Part shown: one piece after another, positions 36,421-49,856 of the stretch
Layout of the letters: the number at the start of each line of letters is the position of its first letter
How positions within the stretch are numbered: the stretch's first letter is position 1
NCBI GenBank assembly: GCA_030390025.1
Contig: CM059432.1
Coordinates: 152,274,001-152,338,000, forward strand
DNA: 64,000 bases
Direction: 5' to 3'
Origin: Squalus acanthias
Taxonomy: Eukaryota
The notes under the pieces: generated by a model
Told to the model about the DNA's origin: nothing
Database searches by the model: none
The model's input: the letters and a program-made list of their open reading frames with translations, nothing else
Translations under genes and position numbers: made by a program

Positions 36421-39420
36421 AACTAATGGATTTCTTTGTCTCCAAGATTAGAGTCATAGATTTATATAGCACAGAAAGAGGCAATTCGGCCCATCGTGTC
36501 CACGCCGGCCATCAAGCCCTATCTATTCTAATCCCATTTTCCAGCACTTGGTCCGTAGCCTTGTATGCTATGGTGTTTCAAGTGCTCATCTAAATGCTTC
36601 TTGAATGTTGTGAGGGTTCCTGCCTCTACCACCCTCTCAGGCAGAGAGTTCCAGATTTCAACCACCCTCTGGGTGAAAAAGTTTTTCCTCAAATCCCCTC
36701 GAAACCTCCTGCACCTTACCTTGAAACTATGCCCCCTGGTTATTGACCCCTCTACTAAGGGAAAAAGTTCCTTTCTATCTACCCTATCTATGCCCCTCAT
36801 AATTTTGTACACCTCAATCAGGTCTCCCCTCAGCCTTCTCTGCTCTAAGGAAAACAACCCCAGCCTGTCCAGTCTCTCTTCATAGCTGAAGCGCTCCAGC
36901 CCGGGTAACGTCCTGGTGAATCTCCTCTGCACCCTCTCCAATGCAATCACATCCTTCCTATAGTGTGGCGACCAGAACTGCACACAGTATTCCAGCTGCG
37001 GCCTAACTAGCGTTTTTTCAGTTCCATCATAACCTCCCTGCTCTTATATTCTATGCCTCAGCTAATGAAGGCAAGTATCCCATATGCCTTTTTAATCACC
37101 TTATCGACCTGTCCTGCTGCCTTCAGGTATCTATGTACATGCACACCAAGGTCCCTCTGATCCTCTGTCCTTCCTAGGGTCCTACCATTCATTGTGTATT
37201 CCCTTGCCTTGTTAGTCCTCCCAAAATGCATCACCTCACACTTTTCAGGGTTAAATTCCATTTGCCACTGTTCTGCCCATCTGACCAACCCGTCTATATC
37301 GTCCTGTAGCCTGAGGCTTCCCTCCTCGCTATTTACCACTCCACCAATTTTCGTGTCATCTGCGAACTTACTGATCATACCTCCTACATTAATATCTAAA
37401 TCATTAATGTACATTACAAACTGCAAAGGACCCAGCAGCGATCCCTGCGGTACACCACTGGACACAGGCTTCCAGTCACAAAAACAACCTTCGACCATCA
37501 CCCTCTGCCTCCTGCCACTAAGCCAATTTTGGATCCAATGTGCCAAATATCCCTGGATCCCATGGGCTCTTACTTCTTGACCAGTCTCCCATGCGGGACT
37601 TTGTCAAAAGCCTTACTGAAGTCCATGTAGACTACATAAACTGCACTACCCTCATCCACACACCAAGTCACCCCCTCGAAAAATTCAATCAAATTGGTTA
37701 GACATGATCTCCCCCTGACAAAGCCATGCTGACTATCCTTGATTAATCCTTGCCTCGCCAAGTGGAGACTAATTCTGTCCCTCAGAATTTTTTCCAATAA
37801 TTTCCCTACCACTGATGTTAGGCTCAATGGCCTGTAATTCCCTGGTTTATCCCTACTACCCTTCTTGAATAATGGTACTACATTAGCTGTCCTCTAGCAC
37901 CTCCCCTGTGGCCAGAGAGGTTCTGAAAATTTGTGTCAGAGCCCCTGCAATCTCCTCCCTTGCCTCACACAGCAGCCTGGGATACATCTCGTCTGGGCCT
38001 GGGGATTTATCCACTTTTAAGCCCGCTAAAACCGCTAGTAACTCCTCCCTCTCAATGCTAATTTGTTCAAGTATATCACAATCCCCCTGCCTGATTTCTA
38101 TGCCTACATCACCCTTCTCCATAGTGAACACAGATGCAAAATATTCATTTAAAACCTCACCCACATCTTCCGGCTCTACACACAGATTGCCACTTTGGTC
38201 CCTAATGGGCCCTACTCTTTCCCTGGTTATCCTCTTGCCCTTAATATACTTATAAAACACCTTGAGATTTTCCTTTATTTTGCCAGCCAGTGTTTTTTCA
38301 TGCCCCCTCTTCGCTCTCCTAATTTCTTTTTTAAGTACCCCCCTGCACTTTCTATACTCCTCTAGGGCTTCCACTGTTTTTAGTCCTTTGTATCTGCCAA
38401 AAGCCTCCCTTTTTTCCCCTAATCCATTCTTGTATATCGCTTGACATCCAGGGTTCCCTGGGCTTGTTGGTCCCACCCTTGACCTTTACGGGAACATGTT
38501 GGTGTTGTACTCTCTCTATTTCCTTTCTGAAAGACTCCCACTGCTCTGATGTGGATTTTCCTACAAGTAGCTTATCCCAATCTACTTTGGTCAGATCTTG
38601 CCTTATCATATTAAAATCGGCCTTCCCCCAATTTAGAACCTTTATTTCCGGTCCATCTTTGTCCTTTTCCACGACTACCAAAATGCTCTCCTACTGACAC
38701 TTCTACCACTTGCCTGGCTACATTCCCGAGAATTAGGTCCAGTACCTGCCCCCTCTCTTGTAGGACTTTCTACATGCTAGCTCAAAAAGCTCTCCTGGAT
38801 GCACTTAGAATTCTGCACCCTCTAAGCCTTTCACACTCTGACTATCCCAGTTAATATTGGGGGAAGTTGAAATCCCCTACTATTACCCTATTATTTCTAC
38901 ACTTCTCTGAGATTTGCCTACATATCTGTTCCTCTATCTCCCCCTGACTGTTTGGGGGCCTATAGTACACTCCCAGCAAAGTGCTTGCCCCCTTTTTGTT
39001 TTAAGTTCTACCCATATGGCCTCATTAGAGGAACCTGCTAAGATATCATCCCTCCTTACAGCAGTAATTGACTCCTTGATTAATATTGCAACACCCCCTC
39101 CTCTTTTACACCCCCCTCTGTCTCGCCTGAAGAATCTATACCCCAGAATATTGAGCTGCCAGTCCTGCCCCTCCCTCAACCATGTCTCTGTGATAGCAAC
39201 AGTATCATACTCCCATGTGTTCATCAACACCTTCAATTCATCTGCCTTACTCGCAAGACTCCTTACATTAAAATAAATGCCATCCAGCCTTGCCATACTC
39301 CCTTGTGCCGTTACATATTTGCTCTGCCTTCCAGACTGACTTGTTTTTTCCTCTATATTTGGCTGTGCATCACCCCCTACTATAGCTCCACTCCGTATCA
39401 CATCCCCCTGCCAAGTTAGT

Positions 39421-40330
39421 TTAAACCCCCCCCAACAGTACTAGGAAACCTCCCCACAAGGATGTGGTCCCGTTCCGGTTTAGGTGCCACCCATTCGACT
39501 TGTACAGGTCCCACCTTCCCCAGAAGCAGACCCAGTGATCCAGGAAACTAAAGCCCTCCCTCCTGTACCAACTCTTTAGCCACGCATTCATCTGCTCTAT
39601 CCTCCTATTCCTATACTCACTAGCACGTGGCACCGGGAGTAATCCAGAGATTACAACCTTTGAGGTCCTGCTTTTTAATCTGCTACCTAGCTCCCTAAAT
39701 TCTTGTTGCAGGACCTCATCCCTCTTTCTACCCATGTCGTTGGTACCAATGTGAACCACGACCTCTGACTGTTCGCCCTCCCCCTTCAGAATGCCCTGCA
39801 GCCGTTCAGTGACATCCTTGACCCTGGCACCAGGGAGGCAACATACCATCCTAGAGTCACGTCTGCGGCCACAGAAACGTCTATCTGTTCCCCTTACGAT
39901 AGAATCCCCTATCACTATTGCTCTCCCACTCTTTTTCTCCCCTCCTGCGCAGCTGAGCCACTCGTAGTGCCACGGACTTGGCTCTTGCTGCATTCCCCTG
40001 AGAAACCATCTCCCCCAGCAGTATCCAAAACAGAAAATCTGTTGGAGAGGGAGATGGACCCAGGGGACTCCTGCACTACCTTTCTAGTTCTTTTACTCTG
40101 TCTAGTGGTCACCCATTCCCTTTCTGCCTGTGCACTCTTCACCTGCAGTGTGACCACCTCGTTAAACGTGCTATCCACAAAGATCTCAGCTTCGCGGATG
40201 CTCCACAGTGACTCCAGCCGCAGCTCCAGCTCCGAAACGCGGATTTCGAGTAGCTGCAGCTGGAGACACTTCCTGCACGTGTTCGCCCTGGACACCGAAA
40301 GTGTCCCCGACTTCCCACATAGCACAGGAG
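39421..40330 (-). pseudogene. CR1 ORF1p: Cys motif / coiled coil plus SGNH (GDSL) esterase domain
   Basis: CRKCLQLQLLE..V.ELE..L, LSNRFSVL, VIGDSIVRG, CLPGARV.D, VHIGTND, and a degenerate DGxHLN (NGWHLN); split by a frameshift near 39960. Confidence 0.85.
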
Positions 40331-40605
40331 GAACACTCCATGCTGCCGAGCTGCCCTGCCCTTAACTTACTCCCTTTACTTCCTTTAAGTTAAAGAATAT
40401 TAAATACACTAGGGACCTTACTTCACTTTAAACACTACTTACTCTAAACTAGAGACCTTACTTTTACTTCAACGACTGGACTGTAGAAATACTCACCAGG
40501 TCCTACTTACCAATCAGCGCCTTCCTTGGTTGTGCCGTCACTTTAGCGGTTTCGCAGTTGTTGTTTGACTGCTCCCGCTCTCGGACTCTTTCCCAACTCG
40601 CAGCA

Positions 40606-40788
40606 CTCCGGTGTCGGGCCTCCTCTGCAGCGCTCCTTTATGGCCGCTCCGCCTTCTCTCAGGTCCCGCTGCCGCTCCCACACAGGTCCGCCTCCTCCGG
40701 TGTCGGGCCTCCTCTGCAGCGCTCCTTTATGGCCGCTCCGCCTTCTCTCAGGTCCCGCTGCCGCTCCCACATGGGTCCGCCTCCTCCG
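40606..40788. repeat. Two tandem 89-bp GC-rich units in the CR1 5'UTR
   Basis: CTCCGGTGTCGGGCCTCCTCTGCAGCG...GGTCCGCCTC starts at 40606 and again at 40695; nearly identical. Confidence 0.9.
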
Positions 40789-41167
40789 ATCTTTGAGATC
40801 ATCCATTCAGATGCCTCTGCCTCATCCCTCCCTTCCCCTAGCCCACCAAGCCAAACTCCCCCCTTCACATCTTTAATTTCTCTCCCATCTCCCCTCATGC
40901 CCTTTCCCAGCGCTTTTAGTCCTGGCCAGCCTCCCATCTTCTACTGTCCGTAAAGTTAGCTCATAGAAAACTCTGCTGCCATATCCTAACTCGCACCAAG
41001 TCCCATTCACCCATCACTTTTCTTTATTCTACATTCCTAGCAGTGGCTTCTCCCGCCCTTGCATCATTACCTCAGATGACCTAATCTTGCATCCTTTGCC
41101 CTCTCTTTTTCCATGTTTGTATTTCTCATCAACATCATGCAAAGTAAGGAGTCAGATTATCATGTAT

Positions 41168-41405
41168 AAAAGAAAAAAGACTTGCATTTACATAGCACCT
41201 TTCACGACCACCGGACATCCCAAAGTGCTTTACAGACAATGAAGTATTTTGGAATGTAGTCACTGTTGTAATGTGGGAAACGTGGAAGCCAATTTGCACA
41301 CAGCAAGCTCCCACAAACAGCAATGTGATAATGACCAGATAATCTGTTTTTGTTATGTTGATTGAGGGATAAACATTGGCCATGACACCAGGGGATAACT
41401 CCCCT
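41168..41405 (-). mobile_element. Deu-type SINE 3' half
   Basis: Homologous to 24823-25060. Confidence 0.78.
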
Positions 41406-42960
41406 GTATCTATCAATCTGCCATCAATCTCCTATCCACAACCAGCACCTGTGCTGTATGAGCATTTGTCCAACTCCCCAGCAACTCACTTGGGCTGAAT
41501 GCAACAATGTGCAAACTTAATGTCCTGTTCGACTGGAGCGGATTTTCAAACCCATATCTTATCCACCACCTCCAAAACAGCAATTTATGCTCGATTTACT
41601 TTCATGTCGGTCTTTCCAATGCTCTCCCCACTGACCTTCCCAAGCTCTACCCTACAATACATCCAAATTTAGCTCCTTATATCTGTCTACACTGGCTCAC
41701 AGCCCCCAATGCATTGAATTCAAAATCCTTGTCCTCATCCTACCTCTGTCGTCTCCTCAAGACCCAAGTCCCATCCAGTGTCTTTTGGTCTTTCAACTCT
41801 GACCTCCTGTGTATCCTTTCTACCCTCCACTGTACGTGGCAAAGCTTTCAGCCGTTTCTACCTTACTCTCTGGAGCTACCTGCTAAACTTTTCTGCATTG
41901 GTATCACTCTCCCTACTCTCAAGACCCCTCAAAACCTACCACTGACCATGCTTTTGGTCATCTCTTCTAACTCTACTACTAATCAGTGCCCATTCTGCCT
42001 CTTGGGACGTTGCTACATTAAAAGGTGCAAAAGAAATGCAAGTGATAGTTGTTGGCTTGACCAGCTCTATTATTCCAAAACTGAACACTAGATGGCAGCA
42101 TACACAGCAGTTTCATTCAGCCTCACTTCAGCCACTTTTCATTTTAAATGCTTTGAAGTTACTGGCATGTGAAGCTTATACTTCCATGCACTAAAATCTT
42201 TCAATCTGCTGGACTTGCACTATATTCTTCCAATGCAACCTGCTTTATTTTAGTTATCCCAGTACAGTTTATGGCCATTCCACCACAGTTTCAGTTGTTT
42301 GCACAGCCACTGTTTTAATATAGTCTTTTGCAGCTCTATAAAACCACTACCTGAACTCTTAACAGCGGGGAATACTCCACTGCTGCTAAAACGTGAAAGG
42401 TATTACTATTTGGCACACATGATGTTCGTGTCAGTCATTGATCAATTTTTTTTTCCTGTCTTAAAGTTTTGTATCTACAAAAAGGAGAACAGGGGTAAGT
42501 TATATACACATGGAAAAGTCTGTATAGGATAAAAATAAACCTTGCATATGAAAGAATTACACTGCAAAATGAAAAATTACAGCTCAGGTTTGGATGAAAT
42601 CCATCGCCCAAATGATCGAAATACCTTACCAATTCGTCATATGCATGGGTTAGATGAGACTTAAGACAATTCTGATCCCAAGTACATGTTACTGGATCAA
42701 CTGTTTCAGCTTTCATGAGAGCTTCATGGATTCTTTATCCTCCAATTGAATTTCCCAAAGGCAGGTAAGAGACTGCAATATATACGTCTACCTTGAATAA
42801 AGTGGGCCATATATTTTGCGAGAGCAATAATTGCAAATAAAACACAACATCCAAGATATCACAGCCCAAATGCAGTTACCAACAGATGAAAAGTTTATAC
42901 CACTTATGGAAATATTTTAAGTGGACGTTTTCCTGGATGCTCAATGGCATTTCCACTATT

Positions 42961-43392
42961 AAGAACATAAGAAATAGGAGCAGGAGTAGGCCATTCGGCC
43001 CTTCAAGTCTGCTCCGCCATTCAATGAGATCATGGCTGATCTTCTGCCTCAACTCCATTCACCGGCCCTATCCCTTGATGCCTAGTCAGAAATCTATCGA
43101 CTTCTGTTTTGAATATACCCAATGACCGAGTCTCCACAGCCCTCTGGGGTACAGAATTCCAAAAATTCACCACCCTCTGTGTCAAGAAATTTCTTCTCAT
43201 CTCAGTCCTGAATGGCCTACCCTTTATCCTGAGGCTGCGGCCCCTGGTTCTAGACTCCCCAGCCAAGGGAAACATTCTCCCAGCATCCACCCCATCAAGC
43301 CCTGTAATAATTTTGTATGCTTCAATGAGATCCCCTCTCATTCTTCTGAATTCAAGAGAATACAGGCCTAGTTTACTCAATCTCTTCTCATA
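42961..43392 (-). mobile_element. CR1 3' fragment
   Basis: [17 protein letters not shown]...RRNFLTQRVV plus tail. Confidence 0.88.
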
Positions 43393-44854
43393 CGACATTA
43401 AAAGGGGAAAAAAAACCTTGCAAGGAAGCACTGACCACACGAGAGCTAAGCCATCAAATAAAGAGAAAGTGCACCAGATCTGGACTATCCACAACAGATC
43501 TTGACTGTGGAATTTGTACAGGCCAGCTGCCACTCAATCTCATGTCAGTAAAGAGGAATAATGGGAGAAATGGTCAAAACAGAAGCACAATAGCAGGAAT
43601 CTAAGAACAAGCATACCAAACACAGGTGACCCCAAATCTTAAGTGACCTAAATTCCTAAAAACAAATATAATGAATGTTATGTTACCAAGACTGAGTTTG
43701 CTTTTTACAGAGCATGGATGAGAGAAAAACTGGACAACTACCAACTAGACTGTTTAAACAGATTGAAAGGAAATCAAATTCTTACCATAGGAAAAATGCT
43801 CAGGCATTCACAGCTTTAGAAAAAAATAGTTAAGCAAATAGTGAGAAGGAACTGGAAACTCTCGTTTAGTGAAGATCAGAGGCTACTGACCGACCAAACC
43901 CAGGTAAATCATTAAGTGGCACCAGACTGGCAAAGGAGGCTTCTAAACCTAATTTCTACAGCCTTTCCAGGAAATGATTCTCAGACAAGGCAGGGGCGAG
44001 ATTCACTATTGGATAAATAATCTGAAACTGCAGAAGACTGAAATATGAAGTACAAAGAACTGTCAATTAAAGAATTAAGATCTTCGAACATTACTTTAGA
44101 AGTAGAAATGGCACAATTATGAAACTCACTGTTGCACTGATCTAATGGGATTAGGGATGCTGGAGCAGAATTTGCCCTTTAACAAAGAGGACAAGCAATA
44201 GGTTAGCATAATGAAGCATCAGGTTAGACACAGATTAATTAGGAGACTTGTCAACCAGTACTGAAGATGGTTTAATAGCAGACTTGGATGAGTGGCGTCT
44301 GCAATCAGTTGATAAGGCTTTTCTTCTGAAAGGATCTTGACCCAAAATTCAGGGCCAACAATTTTGGGATCACTGCAGAGCAAGGAAATTAAAAAGGCCA
44401 GGTAAATACCTGAGGTAGCAGGGTTTGTGTGTGATAATCTGGCAGTGAATGCACCAATGTTGCTGGTATCTTACCTGGAAATTTATGAGGAGGGAAGGAT
44501 TAGAGAGATGATGGCTGCTTTAGTAAACATAAAAAGCAGAAAGTGACCATCAGTCATGTGTCAATTACAGGCCAATCTTCCTCTTCAACAGATGGCATTT
44601 GACATCTTAACGATAGAAGATATCACATTTAAACAAGATGTGGATTTAATTCCACAACAAGCATTATACGCAATTCTGACTGGGTTCATAAAATCATTAA
44701 AATGTGGTACAATACCAGGAGCTTCTGGTAATTATTTTACAATAACTGAGAATTACACAGAAATACAAATAAGTTACATGGAAGCAGGCCATTAGGCTCA
44801 ACTAGTCCATATCAGCGTTTACTTCAAGCGAGCAAATAGTCCTACTCACATTTA

Positions 44855-45115
44855 AAAAGCTGGCATCAGTAACAGTATCCAAGGAGCTGTTTTTTTTAAA
44901 CGATAATCTGACAACTAGTTCACTAGTGCCTTTTAGGGAAGGAAACCTGCCATTCTCATCTGGTCTGGCCTATACGCGATTCCAGTCCCATACCAATGTA
45001 GTTGACTCTTAATTGCCCTCTGAAGTGGCCTAGCAAGCTACTCAGTTATATTAAACGACTAACAGGGCAACTAGGGATGGGCAATAAATGCCAGCCTTGC
45101 CAGTGACATCCACAA
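44855..45115 (+). mobile_element. SINE whose tail matches the 13453-15370 LINE
   Basis: Core as in 11030-11260; tail AGGGCAACTAGGGATGGGCAATAAATGCCAGCCTTGCCAGTGAC matches 15296-15340. Confidence 0.75.
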
Positions 45116-45599
45116 CCAGAGAAAGAAAGATTTTTTTTTAAATCACAGTTCCCATATCCCTTCATCCCCTTTTCCTTCATCCACCTATCCAATCTAATCT
45201 TGAATGTCGACATAGTTTCTCCCTCAACTACTGACCCTGGAAGTAAATTACACAGCTTCAACGGTGCAAACAAGTTTTGGTTGCTCCCTGTTCTAAATCT
45301 CTTTAGATTTGTATCTATGGCCCCTCATTCTAGACACCTCAACTACTGGATTTACAATTTCAAGAGACTCAAGTTAAGAAAATATTTTATACACAGCATA
45401 GCATCTGACTGATGAACTAGCAATTGGGTTCTAATCCTGGTCATATGTGGACTTTTATGGAGACTGTAGCTCATTATTTTAAAAGCATGCTTATATAATA
45501 CTAACAGATATTCCATGGTGTTACTCAGAGATAGATGCTTTCTAAAGGTAGGACCACCTAATGCACAATGTATTGACCCACTAGTAAGGTGAAGCGGTG

Positions 45600-46331
45600 T
45601 CCCTTTAGTACCGCAAAGTCAAATTTGCGGTTACAGAAATGTTGGTTGAGGTGGGAGTTTAATTGCCCTTCAAGCTGCATATCAGAACTCTGGCTTTCTT
45701 TTGTGCAATTAGCAAGGTCCGTCAGCAATTAGACATTTATTATGGAGTAAATTGGACAGCAACTTCCAGAGTACGCATGTGTGCGGGTAAATTGCTCTTC
45801 CACAGGCTGCGCTATAACAGTACCACTAAACATGCCAGAAAATTAGGGCTGGTGCATTTAGGAGTAAGTGAATTTTTAATGGCGTGGTAAGTCATAATTA
45901 CTGCCAAACAACCTCTCTGGCCCTGCAAATTTAATTTTGCAAGTGTGGAGTCTCATTCCTTCAGAATTTAATTGGTGTTGGAGATTAAAATATTTTTTTT
46001 TACTTTTTCTATCTGTCTCTTTTATCTCTCTCTCAACCCATCTTTATTTCCCAATCTTTCTGTCGCTTTCTGTACGTGATTTAAATCTATTTTATACTTC
46101 CTGGTTTAGAATCTGCGTGTCTCAGTGAGGATTTTTCAACCTGACTGGTTGAAGAGCCTCGCTGTTACTTGTCCTGCTCACACACCACAGATCCCCTGGA
46201 GAGGGGGCCGCGCTGGATCAGATGCCTGACGACAGCAAGTCTCCGCTCAAAAGCACACGAAAACTCTAGGCAGCTGTCAGCATAGTGAACGGCGAGTGCA
46301 GTTCCTTCGCTGCTGACTAAAGATCCGGGCC
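45600..46331. mobile_element. Possible old non-autonomous DNA transposon (Harbinger-like)
   Basis: CpG-richer block with GTACGCATGTGTGCGG and GGTAAGT motifs like the MITEs; ends ATCCGGGCC. No matching left TIR seen. Confidence 0.35.
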
Positions 46332-48368
46332 ATTCTGTCTCGTGTCAATTAAGGTACTTTCCAATTGCTGGAGGACTTTGTAGACTCCAAATTGACTGCC
46401 TTTGTTACTTCGTTCTTTTTTCAAAAAAAGCGTAATTTTTTTTAGTGTGATGAATAAAAAATATGCATCAGACTTTAAAAAAAATTAAGAATGTTGGGAT
46501 AGTTGGACTATTAATTCAATACTTACAACTTTTCTTTGAACTGATCATTTAAAGTAAACAAGGCTGCTTCTCAATATCTGTGGAGAGAGAAAAACAGAGT
46601 CAACGTTTCAGGTCAATAACCTTTCATCAGGTCATTGACCTGAAACTTTAACATTGTTTCTCCCTCCACATATGCTGCCCAACCTGCATCTGCAGTATTT
46701 TGCTTCTCAATACCCACTGCTATTGTGGTAGGACAGGTTCTGGAACCAGGGGATGCTTATTCTATTGAGTTAAGTGATAGGCTCCCATCCATAGGTCAGT
46801 GCACAAGGGCAGCTTCATGGGCATACTTCACTTGCTAATGTAGTCTTTGAGAATAGCCTTTCAGTGATGGTGGTGGTGGTAGTGATGGCCTGGCCAGTCT
46901 CAGAGAGCAGTTAAGGCAGACAAGTTGTTGTGTAATGTGCTTTGATGCCAAAATGCAAGGCACCAACAAGGATCACTTTACACTAGGAATTTCCACTGAC
47001 ATTTGGAACAGTGCTTGAAAGTGGGCATGGCATCATGATGGCAAAACTAATAAACTAATCGATAACTTCTTGACCAACCTTGAAGACAGACAACTTACTG
47101 AATATGGCAATGAAAAAATGTCAGACACCATTTATATCTACTGCAAGGGAAAGCTGAGGCTTTGTATGGATGTCAAAAACTTCCCAATTTACATCTTGAG
47201 CTAGGCTTACTCCTGGCAATAAATGAAATAAAACATAATCTTGCCTGCCTAGTATTAATAAAGGTTTGAACTAGAGATTTCTTGAGTGTATGCTGGATAT
47301 ACAAACATAATTTATCCAACAGAGTCTAAATTTTACTAGTCATTTATTTATGCTTCAGCATAACATATACAAATAAAGGAAGAAATGGCCCTTTATCAGC
47401 AAAGCTTTGTAACCAGCTTTTCTTTCAGAAATTGCTAAACACATGATTAGAAAAGTCTAAATTTACTAGTTGATGTCAAAGTTTTCCATTAATTTGGATA
47501 TAATATAAAATTGATGAGTCTGCAGACAATTGTTTACTGCATCAAAATCAAAGGCCAACTATTGAACACTGAAACAAGAGCTTGTGGACAAAGATGATTA
47601 ATGGGCACCTTAAATGCCAGCATTTAATTATGTAAAAGACATGCTCATTATGGTTTTAAAATTATGCAGGTATGGAAAAACATTAAAATAAACTATACTG
47701 CCATCATTTATCAGCTTCATTAGTATTAAATAAAATGTTCAAACCTGTCAGCTTGAGATCATAAAGGATATTTGTGAAAATAGCAATTTGTTGTTCCAGG
47801 ACTAAAAAATGAATACAAAACGAGCTCTTTCTGCTGTGTCTTAAATGCAAATTATTGACACTTCCACACTAACTGACCAAAAAAAGTTGGCCCAACAGCT
47901 CCTGACTAAACAACCACCTGCCACCAGAAGACAGCTGATCTGTCAGTGAAGAATGAAACTAACAATTAGACAGCGCTGCTGGCTCTCCCAGCAGAAGCAC
48001 GGTTAACTGATACGCACCTCTCACTCCCAACAGTGCTGCTCTCCTCCTCCAGTTCTGGCCTGCAGTATCGTTAATCCCTCAAGTAGTTCCACTGTGACAG
48101 CAAGCAGTACAGCCTGTCTGGTAGTTATTTCTAGCCCTGGAGAACAGCTGTTTCTGCTGGCAGGCTTTTCCAGAGGCAAGTGCTCACCTCACCCATATGC
48201 AGCTCTGTGCTGGGAGTGGGAGCAAACCAAAGCAGCCCTTCAATAGGCTCATGCAGCTCTGCTGAGCATAAGCATACCTGAACCCTGCCTACACAACACA
48301 CCCTCCAAATCCAGGTAACTCACATGACCCCAGCACCCCACTTCCTGAACACATGGCAGTGTCTATAG

Positions 48369-49856
48369 CAGGGGCTCTCAACCTTTGACCCCCTGTAACA
48401 ATTATATTTTCTGTACAAAAATTAATTAGTTATTAATAGCTCTATTACACCTTACATAAAGAATTTATCAAGTCCTAAATTTACAAAAGTAAAATACTGC
48501 GGATGCTGGAAATCTGAAATAAAAACAGAAAATGCTGGAAATACTCAGGTCAGGCAGCATCTGTGGAGAGAGAAACAGAGTTAATGTTTCACGTCTGATG
48601 AAAGGTCATCGACCTGAAATGTTACCTCAGTTTCTCTCTCTACAGATGCTGCCTGACCTGCTGACAATTTCCTGCATTTTTGGTTTTTATCCTAAATTTA
48701 CATATGTGCCCATTTGCTGCCCAAGGTCTGCTCCACCCCATCAACCATTTGCTCGACAGGAAATGAACCAGGAGCAACTCGCACAGTGCTCACCAGAGGC
48801 TCGTTTAGTGCACACTCGGTCGGACTGGACTAAAGTTCCAGGTCCACGTCCTCCATTTCGGAAACAGAACTTCCCTCTTATTTCGATACCAAACCCCAAC
48901 ACTGTGGTGAAAGCCAGCGACCTGAATTAACAGCACCAGTAATGGAGGAGGTGGATGGCACATGAGAGAAATGGAGAAATAGACAGGGCCCTGAGCGACT
49001 TTACCCATTCGACCTCATCGCCATAAATCCTTTAGTGACAAAGGCAGCACCCCACTTTCCTCCTCCCCATCCCTTTCACAAATAGCCGGCTGTATCTCAA
49101 AAGGACATAAGCGTCCAGACGAGGCCTATCCGTCCATCAGAGAAGCACATGGCCATGAATATAAAGTTCAGAGTCTGAGGCACGAGAAAAATCGTGATAA
49201 CGCCTTCAGCTATTTTATTGACTCAGACTGAAGACATTGAAGGAGAGTGTCACACCAGATCCTGATTATTACAGATTTTCTGCAGGCCCAGAGACTGGAA
49301 AGTCTCTTTCTTTCCTCCCCCTCCAAGGGCACGTGGTGCGCACGCACGCACTCTCTCCATTGATCGTGCGCTTTTCAAACACGCGAGCGGCTTCCAACAG
49401 AAACAGGGCAGCTCTGCATGAGGGGAAAGCAAAGGGTTGAAAGGAAGGCTCACACTATCTCGGCCCACGCAACACCGGACTAACTCGCAGATTTCCCCAC
49501 CCACAACTCAGGTTTTAATCCCCCGGAAGAGAAGTTAATAGTTAAAAGCAGCGAGTGGTTTTGAACGTGGAAGTAATAGGGCTGGATCAAAAAAAAACGT
49601 AGAGATAAATACTGCTGTAAAAGTCAGCGACACACAAAGGGACTTGTCTTAGCATTCAAATAGTGTCCAACAGCACGAACCTGAATTGACTGCGCATGCA
49701 GTCTTTGTATAGCTGAGACTATTCCACTCCTTTCAATTTTCATGGGAGATACTGATGTTTACGCCAACATCAGTAATCTCCCCTGTATATTGATGGGACA
49801 AACCAACCGGCAGACCCCCTGAAATCTTCTCATGGACCCTCGGTTGAGAACCTCTG
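48369..49856. mobile_element. Non-autonomous hAT (Charlie-like) element
   Basis: TIR CAGGGGCTCTCAACC / GGTTGAGAACCTCTG; 8-bp TSD GTCTATAG (48361-48368) and GTCTATAA (49857-49864). Confidence 0.82.
48490..48690. repeat. PLE-derived inverted-repeat hairpin with hammerhead core in the loop, nested in the hAT element
   Basis: Two inverted terminal repeats around CTGATGAAAGGTCATCGACCTGAAATGTT (48595-48623). Confidence 0.78.

Larger units (their letters stand above)
36450..40788 (-). mobile_element. Near full-length CR1 LINE (ORF1 esterase + ORF2 EN/RT), frameshifted
   Basis: GC-rich 5'UTR; ORF1 at 39421-40330; EN motifs YFNVRS, VAITETW, RGGGVAIL; RT motifs QHGF, YMDFSKAFDKVPH, GVPQGS, KFADD, RKNFFTQRVV; tail near 36450. 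Confidence 0.92.

Noticed and set aside
40543..40953. Cluster of overlapping ORFs; possible CRISPR-like repeat
   Set aside because: Products of a GC-rich two-unit tandem repeat with no spacers, in eukaryotic DNA.
42630..42780. Exon-like segment with strong donors on both strands (MKAETVDPVTCTWDQ...)
   Set aside because: In-frame stops upstream, no clear acceptor, and no resemblance to FBXL2 or any protein I recognise.
47099..47140. 42-bp AG...GTAAGT candidate exon on the minus strand, phase-compatible with FBXL2
   Set aside because: Peptide RYKWCLTFFHCHI does not fit the FBXL2 LRR pattern; would need RNA-seq support.
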